Part shown: one piece after another, positions 15,101 to 34,213 of the stretch | Layout: each line of letters starts with the position of its first letter | How positions within the stretch are numbered: the first letter of the stretch is position 1 | NCBI RefSeq assembly: GCF_009914755.1 | Contig: NC_060929.1 | DNA from: the human T2T-CHM13v2.0 reference genome, Homo sapiens | Reading direction: 5' to 3' (one strand) | DNA: 64,000 nt | Notes under the pieces: model-generated | What the model saw: the letters and a program-made list of their open reading frames with translations, nothing else | Told to the model about the DNA's origin: nothing | Databases searched by the model: none | Position numbers and translations under genes: made by a program

Positions 15101-15784
15101 AAGAGGAGGGGAATTTACTCATCTCATAGGTATTTGAGGGTACAAACCTATGGCAGGGCTCAGCTCTGAAAAAGTCTTATCTGAGATTCTTTCTATGGAA
15201 TAAAGTTGCATCAAAACCAATTTAAAAAGTGGTTATGTAAAAAATAATTATTCTCATTGCACTTTATACAACTAATCAGGCCAATTATAGTAAAGCAAAT
15301 CAGTCTTACCGTGATTTGTCTTTAGTAAAAATGGGAAACTGGAGAGAGAAATTATGTTTCAGAAACTGTGGTACACTTGTTATTAAATTCTAGTCTCATC
15401 AGTTGTTTTTAAGTTTGTTTCTGCAATTTAGGCTAACCCTGCTTATTCCTCTGAACCAACTAGTGACATCTGACTGCTGCTCAGAAGAAACAAGAGGGAT
15501 GGGTAATGTAAAAATCTAAATCAGTATTCTAATTCTGAGCACACTTATGAATCTTCCAGATATCACCTTTTGTCAAAACTCGGAGTTATGAATTGCCCTC
15601 GCCATACTGATGCTTTCTGACTGAGCTCCTCTCTACCCTGAATACAAGAGACTCTCATAGTTAAGCAAGAATATCATTGCTCCTATTCAGCATGAAGAAG
15701 TTACAGAAGATGGATTTTCAACCCTCTGCAACCCTTAGGATTAAAATTATACAAACCTTTAGGATTATAAAAGGGAGGGGGTAA
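12122..15784 (+). mobile_element. MER41 internal region (non-coding)
   Basis: PBS-like TGGTGACC after the LTR, AT-rich MER4-group interior, polypurine tract AAAAGGGAGGGGG before the second LTR. Confidence 0.8.
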
Positions 15785-16470
15785 TGTCAGGCGTGTGAAC
15801 CAGAGCAACTCCATTTTGAGTAGAAGCTGTGTAAAACGAGGCTGAAACCTACTAGGCTGCATTCCCAGACAGTTAAGGCATTCTAAGTCACAGGATGAGA
15901 TAGGAGGCTGGCATAAAATACAGGTCATAAACAGCTTGCAGATAAAACAGGTTGCAGTAAAGAAGCTGGCTAAAACCCACCAAAACCTAGATGGTGACAA
16001 GAGTCACTTCTTATCATCCTCACTGCTACACTCCCACCAGTGCCATGATAGTTTACAGATGCCATGGCAACATCAGGACATTACCCTATATGGTCTAAAA
16101 AGGGATGCATGAATAATTCACCCCTTGTTTAGCATATCATCAAGTACTAACCATAAAAATGGGCAACCAGCACTCTGTCTATGGAGTAGCCATTCTTTTA
16201 TTGCTTTACTTTCTTAAACGTGCTTTCACTTTACTCTGTGGACTCATCCTGAATTCTTTCTTGTGTGAGATCCAAGAACCTTCTCTTGGGTTCTGGACCT
16301 GGACCCCTTTCCTGTAACATCTTTCTGGTGACCCAGATGAGCCTATAGTGCAGATATTCCCAGTAAGTGCTAGGATCCTGTAACGTCTTTCTGGTGACCA
16401 TGGAATGGTCCCACTATACTGTGGAAACCCCCAACTCAAAGGCTAACTTTGGGTAAGTGGTGGGGTCCAA
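15785..16470 (+). mobile_element. Second MER41A LTR (15785-16319) followed by a second leader fragment
   Basis: Direct repeat of 11570-12121, followed again by TCTTTCTGGTGACCCAG...GGGTAAGTGGTGGGGTCC. Confidence 0.85.
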
Positions 16471-16607
16471 TAAGAAAGTTAGTGTTAATTTTGTGCAAGG
16501 TTTCAGTTCATATTCTGATTTCAGTTATCAAAATGTAATTGACAATAGATGCATGGGTGTATTTCTGAACTCTCTGTTCTGTTCCTTCCATTCCTTCCAT
16601 CTATGTA

Positions 16608-17602
<995 letters not shown>

Positions 17603-17699
17603 AGTATCTCTTTTTTTTTCTTTTGTTACAAATGGGGTTCTTACTCTGTTACCCAGGCTGGATTATAGGCATGAGTCACCGTGCCAAGCTATATACATA

Positions 17700-19610
17700 T
17701 TTTTATGCCAGTACCACAGTCTTGATTACTCTAGCTTTATGGTAAATTTTGAAATTTTGAAATCATGTAAGTCCTTGAACTTTGTTCTTTCATTAAATCA
17801 TATTGGCTTTTCTTGGTCCTTTGGATTTAAAAGATAAATTTTAGGTTCATCATATCAATTTCTTTTAAAGCAAACCCTAATGGTATTTAGATAGAAATTA
17901 TATTGAATCTATGGATCAATTTTGGGAAAACTGACACCTTGATGATACTGTATTTTCCTATTTGCAAACATGGGACATATCTCCATTTATTTAGGTCTTA
18001 ATTTCCTTTGACAATGTTTTATAATTTTCAGTGTACTGTCCTGTACTTCTTTCATTAACTTTATTTCTAAATCCTTTATTCTTTTTATGCTATTTGTGAA
18101 TGTAATTTTTTAAAATTTCCTTTGCAGTTGGTTGTATGTTGATTTTTGTATTTTTATTTTCTTACCTTATTGCACTGGCTGGAACTTTTAGTCCAAGGTT
18201 AAATAGAAGTGGTGAGAGTGTACATCCTTTTGCCTTGCACCCAGTCTTAGGAAGAAAGCATCCAGTCATTCACCTTTAAGCATGTTGTTAGTCATAGGTT
18301 TATGTAGCTGCCTTTTATCAAAGTAAGAAAGTTTCCTTCTATTCCTAGTTTATTGAGAATTCTACCATGAATAGTAGTTCAATTTTATCAAATGCTTTGT
18401 CTGTGTCTATTGAGATGATTATATGGCTTTTTCCTTTAAGGGTCAGCAACATTTTCCAGAAAAGGCTATATAGTAAATATTTTTGGTTTTGTGAGCCATA
18501 TGAGCTCTGTTGCAACCAATCAACTCTGCTTTGTAGCAGAAAGCAATCATAGACAATATGCAAATGAATGGGCTTGGCTTTGTTTCAGTAAACTTTATTT
18601 GCAAAAACAAATGTCATGCCAGATTTGGCCCAAGGGCTATAGTTTGCTTTTGGCTATAGTTTGCTGACCACTGATTTATTCTATTAATATATGTATTACA
18701 TGAATTGATACTCAGATGTTAAGCTAAAGAACATTCCTGTAATAAATCGACCACACTTGGTAATAGTGTATAATCCTTTTTGTACATTACTGGATCTAAT
18801 TTGTTGTTATTTAAACAATTTTAGCATTTACATTCATGACGAGTGTTGTTCTATAATTTTCTTGTGATATCTTTGTCTGTGGCTTTTAGTATCAGGGTAA
18901 AATGAGCTGTAAAGTGTCCCCTTCTATTCTTGAAAAGATTTCCATTGGATTGGTATTATTAATTATTTAAATGTTAATAGAGTTCCCAATAAAACCATGG
19001 AGGCCTGGACTTTGCTTTGAAGAAGATTCTAAAATAATTTAATTAAACGCTTTAATGTTTTTCACTGATATATATCTATGCAAATTGTATAATTTCTTTT
19101 TGAGTCTACTTTGATCATTTCTGTTAATGAATTTGCCCATTTCATCTAAGTTGACAAATTGTTGGCATAAGGTTGTTCAAAATATTCCTTTATAAGCCTT
19201 TTAATTTCCATAGGGTTCAGAATGCTTCCTCTTTTAATCCCAATTTTGGTAATTTCTGTCTTCTCTCTTTTTTTCTTGGTCATTTGACTAAAAAGTTAAC
19301 AATTTTGTAGATCTTTTCAAGGAATTAACTGTAAGTTTCACTAATTTTCTCTATTGTTTTGCTGTTTTCTTTTTATTGATTTCTGCTGTGGTCTTTAGTC
19401 CTTCATTCTACTTTGGCTTTTCTTTTTGTAGTTTCTTAAGGTGAAAGCTTAATTAATTTTTCTAGGTTATTGAAGTCTTCCTTTCTAATTTTTAAAGCTA
19501 TAAATTTCTCTCTAAATATTGCTTTACCTGCATTAATTTTGATATGCTCTGATTTTACAGTCATTCAGTAGAAAATATTTTATAATTTCCCTGGAGGTTT
19601 TTTCTTTGAT
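17700..19610 (-). mobile_element. Old L1M fragment with a MER58A insertion (~18438-18672); copy at ~58110-59880
   Basis: T-rich antisense L1 with degenerate ORF2 peptide (HIIISIDTDKAFDKI). MER58A termini GGGTCAGCAAC...GTTTGCTGACC. Confidence 0.7.
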
Positions 19611-19612
19611 GT

Positions 19613-19937
19613 GTAAACCACAAATAAAATTCAAAAGCCTCCCCCACAAAAATCTGATTGGACTTTCTCCTCAGCCAGGGAACTCTAAAACTTACCCTGA
19701 AAGACTGGTTCAGGCCATGAAAGGAAGTAGGGGTTGGACATGCCTCATTACACTCCTCCAGCATTAACCAACACAAACCTTATATCTGATAAGAAACATT
19801 GATGGTCTTCTCTCTAATGCCTGCTGGAGGCTTTGTCTGCATGATAAAACCTAGGTCTTCACAACCCTTTATCATAACCCAGACATTCCTTTCTACTGAT
19901 AATAACTTTTTCAAGCAATTGCCTTCAGAATATGTTT
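19613..19937 (+). mobile_element. MER4-family LTR 5' part, cut by the L1PA
   Basis: Starts TGTAAACCACAAATAAAATTC. Confidence 0.6.
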
Positions 19938-22660
<2,723 letters not shown>

Positions 22661-23508
22661 TTTTAAATATACATTTATTTTAAATATATAAATATTTAAA
22701 TAAATATAAATAATTATAATTTATAATTTATTTATAATAAATAAATAAAAATAAAACTATATGGAGCCCTTAAGTGTTTTAGGTACTTGACATCTATTGT
22801 GTATTATTACCCCCATTTAATAGTTCAGGAAACTCAGACCCAAAGAGATGGAGGAACTTCACTAAGATTACACAGTGAGTCACTGCAAAGTTGCAAAACC
22901 TGGTCTGACTGACCATCTTGCAGGATATTCCCTTTTTTTTTTTTTTTTTTTTCTTAGATGGAGTCTCACTCTGTCACACAGGCTGGAGTGCAGTGATTTG
23001 ATCTCGGCTCAAATTTCAAAGCAATGAAATTCCTGAAAGCCACTTAGTTATTGGGAGAGAAGAAGATTAAAAGAAAGAAAAATTAGTGAGTGAAGAATGG
23101 AGAGGTATTGGATGGGAAGATATTGTGGGAGAAATGGAATCTTGAAACTAAGGAGATTGGCCAAAGGTTTTTGTTTTTTGTTTTTGTTTGTTTGTTTGTT
23201 TTTGAGACAGGGTCTCACTCTATCACTCAAGCTGGAGCACAGTGGAAAAATCATGGCTCGCTGTATTCTTGACTTCCTGGGCACAAGCGATCCTCCCACC
23301 TCCACCTCAGCCTCCAGAGTAGCTGGGACCACAGGAACATGCCACCATGCCTGGCTAATTTTTGTATTTTTGTAGAGATAGGGTCTGGCTATGTTGCCCA
23401 AGCTGGTCTCAAACTCCTGGGCTCAAGAGATCCTCCCCTCTCAGCCTCCCAAAGTGCTGGGATTGGTGTGAGCCACTATGCCCAGATGAAAGATTCTTTA
23501 GTCCAGTA

Positions 23509-23509
<1 letters not shown>

Positions 23510-23551
<42 letters not shown>
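23510..23551. repeat. (CA)n microsatellite
   Basis: About 20 units, seen directly. Confidence 0.95.
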
Positions 23552-23553
<2 letters not shown>

Positions 23554-23753
23554 CAGTTCAAATGAAATCTCAGCTGGGATCCCATTCAGGTCATCAAAAT
23601 CGTTAGCATATTAACATTTATTGAGCACTCATGTGCCAGGTATAAGGCCCAGCTCTTTTCAAACATGATCTCATTGAATCCTCCCAACAGCAGAATAGGT
23701 AATTTTATTAGCCCCATTTTATGGATGAGGTTTTTTGTTTTGTTTTGAGATGA

Positions 23754-23852
<99 letters not shown>

Positions 23853-23855
23853 TAA

Positions 23856-24127
<272 letters not shown>

Positions 24128-24765
24128 TAGGGAGAGTCAGGCTGGGTTAGGGAGATGTGGATGAGGGAGAGGCTCACCCAAGAAGTGGAGGGATGGGACG
24201 TAGGAGTCCTGACTGCTGCCCCAGACTCCTATGAAATAAAGAGATGAGCTCAGCTTGTCACTGGAAAATCTCTGTGGAGTATTCATTGTGCCTGAAGTTC
24301 TATGATGGTGGCAGTGGACAGATGAAAAGTACTATCTCTTAAAGAGATTAAGTATGTTTGAACACAACTTCATTTCTTGTTGAAAATACATTTCATTTCC
24401 CCTCCCTTCATTCCCCCACCAAATGCATTGTACTGCTTTGGAGTACTTGGAAAAACCAGTTTAAAAACCTTGAGGCTGGGTATGGTGGTTCATGCCTGTA
24501 ATCCCAGCACTTTGGGAGGCCAAGGCGGACGGAATCACCTGCGGTCAGGAATTTGAGAACAGCCTGGCCAACATGGTGAAACCCTGTCTCTTCTAAAAAT
24601 ACAAAAATTAGCCGGATGTGGTGGCAGGCCCCTGTAATCCCAGCTACTTTACTCTGGAGGCTGAGGCAGGAGAACCACTTGAACCCAGGTCGCAGAGGCT
24701 GCAGTGACCTGATATCATGCCACTGCCCTCCAGCCTGGGCGACAGAGCGAGACTCCATCTCAGAA

Positions 24766-24770
24766 TACAT

Positions 24771-24809
<39 letters not shown>

Positions 24810-24815
24810 CATACA
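24766..24815. repeat. (TACA)n(CA)n compound microsatellite in an Alu tail
   Basis: Seen directly; abuts the micro-exon donor. Confidence 0.95.
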
Positions 24816-24818
24816 AAC

Positions 24819-24870
24819 CTTGCTGGATGCACAGTAGACTTTGTTCCTTCCCTCTACAACATTTCTCCAT
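24819..24870 (-). CDS. SOX30: Alternative SOX30 coding micro-exon (exon 24819-24873), 17-aa N-terminus [17 protein letters not shown]
   Basis: Acceptor ttttgttccag|GTC then ATG at 24870. 52 coding nt, then donor CAAG|GTTTGT at 24819. Phase 1 matches exon 2. Consistent with my recollection of a shorter annotated isoform (not verified). Confidence 0.75.
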
Positions 24871-25497
24871 GACCTGGAACAAAAAGAAGGGAACTTCTGT
24901 TTACTGAGCACCTATGACCTGCAAGGCATTTTATATCTTACCTCATTCATTCCCCACAACAACACTTGTCAGGCATCACGCCTATCTTACAGGCAAGAAA
25001 ACCAAGGCACAGAGAGGTGGAGGAACTTAATGTCAGATGTGAACCAGGCCATACGATGCACAGGGCGTGCTCTTCCCATGCCAGGCTGCCGCCCCAGTGA
25101 TTCTCAGCTTCATTATGAGCACAGAGTTTATTTCAGCCATTATTGGCCAAAGGAACTGCTCTGTGAGGGATGCCCATGTTTGGAGCCTTCGTTTATGGTC
25201 CCTGGCCACTGACTCTTCTCCTACGGCTGTAGCTGTTGAGGACAGTGGTTGATAACATGTCAAGAAGGAAGCCTGGGATGAAGACTTATTCCCCACACTG
25301 CAGGTCCTAGCTCCAGGCTGTCAGGCAGGGGCAGTGATTTCAGAATGTGAAGGATTCAGAATTTGGTGGGTCCAGAGGATCCTGCCAAAGGGTTAGCCAG
25401 CTGGAATCAGAGGGGTAACTTGTCAGGGAGCAGGGGGAGGTAGGTAGCTGCTGAAGTTGCTGCTAAGAGTGATCCCAAAGTTCTGACATATCTGTCT

Positions 25498-25620
25498 CAT
25501 CCATCCATCCATTCATCCATTCACTCACCAATCCATCCATCCATCCACTCATCCATCCATCCACTCATCCATCCAACCACTCATCCATCCGTCCATCCAT
25601 CCATCCATCCATCCACTCAC
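25498..25620. repeat. (TCCA)n imperfect tetranucleotide repeat
   Basis: Seen directly. Confidence 0.9.
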
Positions 25621-26506
25621 CTATCTATGTGGCCCTTGAACACACAATCAGAACATAAAGGTGGAAGAATGGGTTTTCTTCTTTGCTGTGACACCTCTGG
25701 CTTTTCCTGATCAGTGATGGGGACCTGCAGACTGGGAGTGCTTCAGCTCTGGTTCACTCTGATCTTGGGCAAGTTACCTCTCCACTCTGAGAGGTTGGGG
25801 AGGTGGAAGAAACCATATAGCTGTCTTGTGCAGATCGCCCCTCCTATTTCATCGATGGGTGACTGAGCCTGGGAGTAGGAAGGTGACTTGCCAAGGTCAG
25901 GTAAGGAATTAGTGGTAGATTTGGTACTGGATCCCAGGATCCTGCTGCTCATTTGTAAAGTGAGAATGGGAATCCCGGCTTTCCTCACTTCCCAGGATTG
26001 TAGAGAGGACCCCATGAGATAAATGGTGGGAAAGCATTTTGACAGGTGAGGTCACAAGGCCAAAAGGTGCCAAATGTGCACCTGGGGCCCTGGCTGCTAG
26101 ACTAGGGCAGATCCCACAGAGACCAAAAGGGGTCAGCAGAGGCTTGTGCTTAAATGCTCAGCTAGGATCTGCTGCAAGGCACAATGCCTGGGTGCTGGGA
26201 TTGGGGAGGGAAGCAAAGTCATTTAATTTTTTGAGACAGAGTCTTACTCTGTAGTCCAGGCTAGAGTGCAGTGGCACTATCTCGGCTCACTGCAACCTCT
26301 GCCTCCTGGATTCAAGTGATTCTCCTGCCTCTGCCTCCTGAGTAGCTGGGATTGTAGGCAGGCACCACCACACTCGGCTAATTTTTGTAGAGATGGGGTT
26401 TCACCATTTTGGCCAGGCTGGTCTTAAACTCCTGACCTCTAGTGATCTGCTCTCCCCGATCTCCCAAAGAGTTGGGATTATAGGTGTGAGCCACCGCGCC
26501 CATCAA

Positions 26507-26508
26507 TT

Positions 26509-26555
<47 letters not shown>

Positions 26556-26556
26556 T
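26507..26556. repeat. (ATTT)n microsatellite (Alu tail)
   Basis: Seen directly. Confidence 0.9.
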
Positions 26557-26560
26557 CTGA

Positions 26561-26701
<141 letters not shown>

Positions 26702-28258
26702 TGACTAATTTTTTTATTTTTAGTATAAACGGGGTTTCATTATGCTGACCAGGTTGGTCTCGAAAACTCCTGACCTCAAGTGATCCGCCCGCCTTAGCCT
26801 CACAAAGTGCAGGGATTACAGGCATGAGCCACGGCACCCAGCCTGGCCATTTTTCTGTAGAATTCCAGGAACAGGCTGAGTGGGGATGGGGGTGGTTCTG
26901 AGGCTACTAAAGAGAAGAGCCAAAGATTGTATAGGTAAATTCTACCTGCCAACGCCCTAGACTCAAATGCATCAGGCTCACCCCAGGAAGGGCAGCTAGG
27001 GCTGCCTTGTTCTAGAGACTATATGAAGGGCAAGGAAAAAGCCTCCTGAACCCAGGTGGAAGCCTAAATGCTAAGGGATGTTCTGGATCCTCATCATCAG
27101 ATAATCCAGAGAGAAGTGAACTGATGGCCCCTCAAACCAGTGAGTAATGGGAATAAAGGAATGTGCTGTTCATCACAGCAACTAAAAGTCTGCAGGAGAG
27201 ACAATGCTCTTGAGGGTAAGGGTAGTGATAGGAGGAGGGTCAGTCATTTTCATGCTAGTTAAGAAATATTTATCAGGCACTGTATTAGGTGTTGGAGATA
27301 CTGAAATGTACAAGACAGTCATGGCCCCTTTTTTCAGAGCTCAAAGTCTAGTGGGGGAAACAGACATTAAATAGGCAATTACAGGCAGACAGAGCTTAAA
27401 AAGAGGATAACAGTGGCTACCTTAAAAGGATGTTGTGAAATTTAATGAGATAATCCAGGTAAAGAGTTTTATCAGGGCTTGGCACAGAGTAAGCCCTCTA
27501 AAAATGATAACTATTTTTCTTGCTTTGGATAGGGAAGTTAAAATGAAGGGCTCTGTGGAAGTGAAGTGTGAAGAGAGATCTATTCCAGGTCGGAGGCTAG
27601 GGAGTCCCAAGACCGCCTGAAGAAATCACAAGAAATCTGAAGAACTTTTAGCTTGAGGGAGAGGGAGGGGAGAAAAAAATAGCAACTCGTTAGCAGTTCA
27701 GTTTCACCACTTTACAGCCTATGAAGTCTTTGGCTTCCCTCATCTGGTTCGATCTTCAAACCTAACCAGACCGGCATCTAGAGTTAATATTTCCATTTTA
27801 CACAAGAGGGAAGTGAGACCCAGTGGGAAAAATGACTTGTTCAGAGTCATAAAGCAAAGTCCGGAAGCAAGTCTTTCTGGTCCATTATGTGTGGGAAAAG
27901 TAAACAAAAACCGCGGGGCGTTACCGAAATATTAGGTTATAAACGTGGAACAAAGTCTAAGAGTTAACGAGAGCGAGGCACCACTTATAGGGGTGGGCCA
28001 GGTAGGTTTCCCGGGGGAGCTGGCATTGGAATAGGCTTCTTCGCCTGCTCGGTGTCAAGACCCCGCAGGAGATGGCGGATTCATTCAGGAAGCAGCCGCT
28101 CCGGGAAGCCTTAGCCAAGGGTCTTCCGGAAAGACACCAGTCTTGATCCTGGAGCCTCAATCCCCGCTGACCCAGCACTTTGGTTTCCATAGCAATTGTC
28201 TCGTCGCAGAAAGGAATCGCCTGTGCTGGGTCTTCAGACCTCAGCTCCATGCCGCTGA

Positions 28259-28906
<648 letters not shown>

Positions 28907-29807
28907 TAACTCTTTGGGACTCGCGCTCCCCTTAGCCGGACCCCGGCCCTTTTTCACACCCCAGGATAGTCGATTTCTCGTAGCCCCGGGCACCAGCACC
29001 TTCCCAGTCTAGCTCTTCGGATTCCCCGGAGCCCGAACTCCCTCGCCCCGGAATCGCGGGAGAACCTGGAATCCCCATCTCCACTGACATTTTCTCAGAA
29101 TGACATCTCCACTGACATTTTCTCAGAATCGGTCCTGGCCCGTCAGTCCCCCAGGCATGACAACATGTGGCCGCAGTGCCCTAGGGGGATGAGCCCTGAC
29201 TCTTAGAACCTGGCGAGGCCCAGGTCCTCCCAAGTTCGAATCCGTCTCATACGCCCCTTCTCAGCCTCTCTTTTCCCCGGTGGTCCTGGAAAAAACCCCA
29301 GTTCCCTCTGCCTGGCCCGGATCCTCACAAACCCCAATTACCCGCGCTCCTTTCCATTCCACAAACCCCCCTCACTGCATCCTTCAGGCCCCTGTCCATG
29401 GAGAACTTGAGGTGGAAAGCAATTTGGTTCAAAATGACCTTTATTACTTGAAAGGGAATATTTCCAGTCGTTGCCACCCTCTTCCCCTTCTAGTATTGGT
29501 AAATTTGGTGCACCCACTGAGTGGGTGAAGAGTTTTATGTGTCCTTAAATGTTTTAGGGATTTTTTTTAAACAACAACAACAAAAAAAAACCAGGATTTG
29601 GGGGACTTTTGTGTTTGAGCATCTTGATCTCTAAACCAGCCTTTTCCATCACCTCATACCTAGGCTGTGCATAGGTCAGAAAAATGTAAATGGGAGACTG
29701 GGAAATTGGATTGTTCATATTAGTTTGTAAATCTAAAAACATACACGACACTCCGGGTTCCAAATTGGCTGAAAATGAATTGCAATTCTCCTGCCTCAGC
29801 CTCCTGA

Positions 29808-30044
<237 letters not shown>

Positions 30045-30198
30045 TAATTATAAAAGTAGCATACACTTATGGATAAATAAGGCCAGGTGCAGTGGCTCAT
30101 GCCTGTAATCCCACCACTTTGGGAGGCTGAGGAGGGTGGATCGCCTGAGCTCAGGAGTTCGAGACCAGTCAGGTCAACATGGCGAAACCCTGTCTCTA

Positions 30199-30424
<226 letters not shown>

Positions 30425-32087
30425 TCACCGTTAACATTTTGGTGCATTTTGTTCAGGCTTCATTCATATATAATATATATATGACAACATACTTATACTT
30501 AAAAAACAATACATCACAAAAAGTTCAGTTTCTAGTAACCTGCTTTCTTCTCCCATCTAATACACCACCCGTGTCTATGTTTCATACACAATTACATGTA
30601 TTTTATTTTATGACATACCAAAATTTATTCAATATTGTACATTTTGTTTCCACATTTTAGAAAGAAAATATGAACAATTTTTTTTTTTTTGAGACGGAGT
30701 CTCACTCTGTCGCCCAGGCTGGAGTACAATGGTAAAGTAGTTCACTGCAACCTCCGCCTCCTGGGTTCATGTGATTCTCCTGCCCCAGCCTCCCGAGTAG
30801 CTGGGATTACAGGCGCTCACCACCACGCCCAGCTAATTTTTGTATTTTTAGCAGAGATGGGGTTTCACCATCTTTGCCAGGCTGTTCTGGAACTCCTGAC
30901 TTCCAAGTGATTCGCCTGCTTCAGCCTCCCAAAGTGCTGGGACTACAGGCGTGAGCCAACTTGCCCGGTCCTGAACAATTATTTTTAAATGGACAAAACC
31001 ATTTAAAGATATATGTTCATAAGACTACTTCGTGGTGTAACCAAATTATCAAAAAGTGAAAACTCAGTGCCTGTAAGTGTATCCACTTTTCACCATTTTC
31101 TCATTTTGACCAAATTGTTGTATTTTCACCTGGAGTACTTGGCTCCATTCTACCCCACCCCACCCCATCTTTCACCTCTCACCTTTCAGAGTCTCCTAAA
31201 ACCCCTAGCCACCCCATACCTCCTTCACTTTTCTAAACTCCCCAAACTTTCTTCCAGAATTTCCCTGTTAACCAGCCTAACACCTGTCCAAGCTTTTCAT
31301 TTGCATTTCTCCCTGCTCTGATTTATACTCCCCCAACCCCCCACCTCCCAGATCCCCTTGAAGCATATGCTCTAGAGCAAGTGCCCCCCAAGCTAAACAC
31401 CTCCCAGATTCATCCTTCTGAATCCTACCCTACAACTTTACTCCTCTCCTCTAAGACTCCTCTCACCATTTCATCCTTAAGAAGGATCATCAAGATGACT
31501 GCTTTTGGCTGGGTGGGCGTGGTGGCACTTGCCTGTAATCCCAGCACTTTGGGAGGCTGAGGTGGGTGTATCTCTTGAGGTCAGGAGTTTGAACCCAGCC
31601 TGTCCAACATGGTGAAACCCCGTCTCTACTAAAAGTACAAAAATTAGCCAGGCATGGTGGCGAGTGCCTGTAGTGCCAGCTACTCAGGAGGCCGAGGCAG
31701 GAGAATTGCTTGAACTGGAGGTGGAGTTTGCAGTAAGCCAAGATTGCACCACCACACTCCAGCCTGGGAGACAGAGTGAAACTCCGCCTCAAAAAAACAA
31801 AAAACACAAAAAGGGTGACTGCTTCTGAGGATGGTTCTGAGTTCCTGATAACCCTTCTCTTAAGGACTGCACTGGGCCATTTTACATCCTCAGAATGGCT
31901 TTTCTTCTGGGTAACCATGAAATACCCCTTTAGCATACCTTTTCCACAACAAGAAACTGTGGTTACTCCCCTGTTCTTTTGAAAATTATGACAGAGCTGC
32001 ACTTGTCCCAAGAAACCCGGGGAAGCCTCAGCCACTCCCTCAGGACCCCATCAAATGTGCTCTGGCCCAGGCCCCAACCGTCTGTAA

Positions 32088-32231
<144 letters not shown>

Positions 32232-34060
32232 TAGCCACAAGCTTTTGCATTAGAGGGTGTTAGTGGCTTGACCCATATTCATTTCATTCTCCCTATATGC
32301 TGGGATATCATAGAGGTGATAGGGAGTCATCAAGGTGCTCTAAGGCAGGCCCCATTTTACAGAGGAGGCAATTGATACTCGGGGTTACTGACTTGCGCAA
32401 GGTGTCGCACCTGTTCCTGGGCTAAGGGAGCCAGAGAGAAAGACTCCATGTCTCTTGGGTCTTTTTTTCTGAAAGCACATTATCTCTCTATTTAGGGAAT
32501 CCATGAATGGATTCTTATTTTCTCCCATACAAAGTCTTGGGTCCTAGGCCACACGCAGTGGCTCATACCTCTAATCCCAGCACTTTGGGAGGCTGAGGCA
32601 GGAGGATCACTTGAGGTCAGGAATTCGAGACCAGCCTGGCCAATATGGTGAAATCCTGTCTCTACTAAAAATACAAAAATTAGCCAGGTGTGGTGGCAGC
32701 CAGGTGTGTGGCAACAGAGCAAGACTCCATCTCAAAAAACAAACAAACAAAAAAACAGAAAACCAAAGTCTTGGGTCCTAGAGTTTGAATGGGCCTCAAC
32801 ACCATCTTGTCAATTTTTTCCTTTGGGGATTATCCCCATTTTCCAGATGAGAGCTGAGGCTCTTCTCCCACTTTTTGCTATGGACAGGTAGAGTTTCACC
32901 TGCTTACTCGAAATCCTGAGTGCTGTCACCCCACTGTTCCCATAGACCCTGATTGATGGATTCATTAAACCTGTCCTTAGGGCCTGCTTGGGACAGGTAC
33001 TGTGTTGGGCGCTAGGAAGAGACAAGTGAACAAGATGGACTCCAGAAACACACTCATTCTTTCAAGCAGAGCAGGGTGCCCAGGGTTGAGCTGCTGCCAC
33101 CTTCTTTTCTTTTTTGAGACAGAATTTCATTCCTGTTGTCCAGGCTGGAGTGCAGTGGCGCTATCTCAACTCACTGCAACCTCTACCTCCCGGGTTAAGC
33201 AATTCTCCTGCCTCACCCTCCCAAGTAGCTGGAATTACAGGCATGCACCACTACGCCCGTCTAATTTTTGTTTTATTAGTAGAGACGGGGTTTCACCATG
33301 TTGGCCAGGCTGGTCTCAAACTCCTGACCTCAGGTGATCCACCCACCTCAGACTCCCAAAGTGCTGGGATTACAGGAGTGAGCCACCACGCACAGCTGCT
33401 GCCTGCTTCTTGACTCTTTTGAGCTTCCTTCCATGTTCCAGGGTCAAGTCTGGATGGGCCCACAAAATTCTAACATTAAAAACAATTGGAGATCCTTAAG
33501 AGATGGTGCCAGATCCTCTTGAAGGTCACAAACACCAAAAGAAGAGTAGGGACCCGGGCATTTCTCTTTCTGCTACACTTCCATGGGTGTGGTGTAGTGG
33601 AAATAGATGGGCAAGCCAGCTTTGTGTGACCCTGTGTGAATTACACTTCCTCCAGACTCTGCTTTCTCATTTGTAAAATAGGATCTATTAAGATCCTCTC
33701 AGTTGCAGGTAACATAAACTGAACTTGAACTAGTTCGAGCAAGATAGAGAAGTTGGGTTTACATAATCAAGGATGGATAGGGCAGAGTCGCCAATGTTTT
33801 TGGGGAAAGTAGCCAGGGGCTGTACTACCACCAGGTATGTCTTCCATTCTCTCTCATCATCTTTGTATCCCCTTTTTTTAATTTCCTTTTTTTTTCTTTT
33901 TTTTTTTTTTTGAGACAGGGTCTCACTCTTTTGCTCAGGCTGGAGGGCAGTGGCATGATCACAGCTTGCTGTAGCCTCAACCTCCTGAGTTCAAGCAATC
34001 CTCCCACCTCAGCCTCCCAGGTTGCTAGGATTACAGGCACGTGCCATCATGCGCAGCTAA

Positions 34061-34213
<153 letters not shown>

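Noticed and set aside
29200-29250. tRNA-like B-box GTTCGAATCC at 29234-29243
   Set aside because: No convincing A-box, cloverleaf or T-run terminator.
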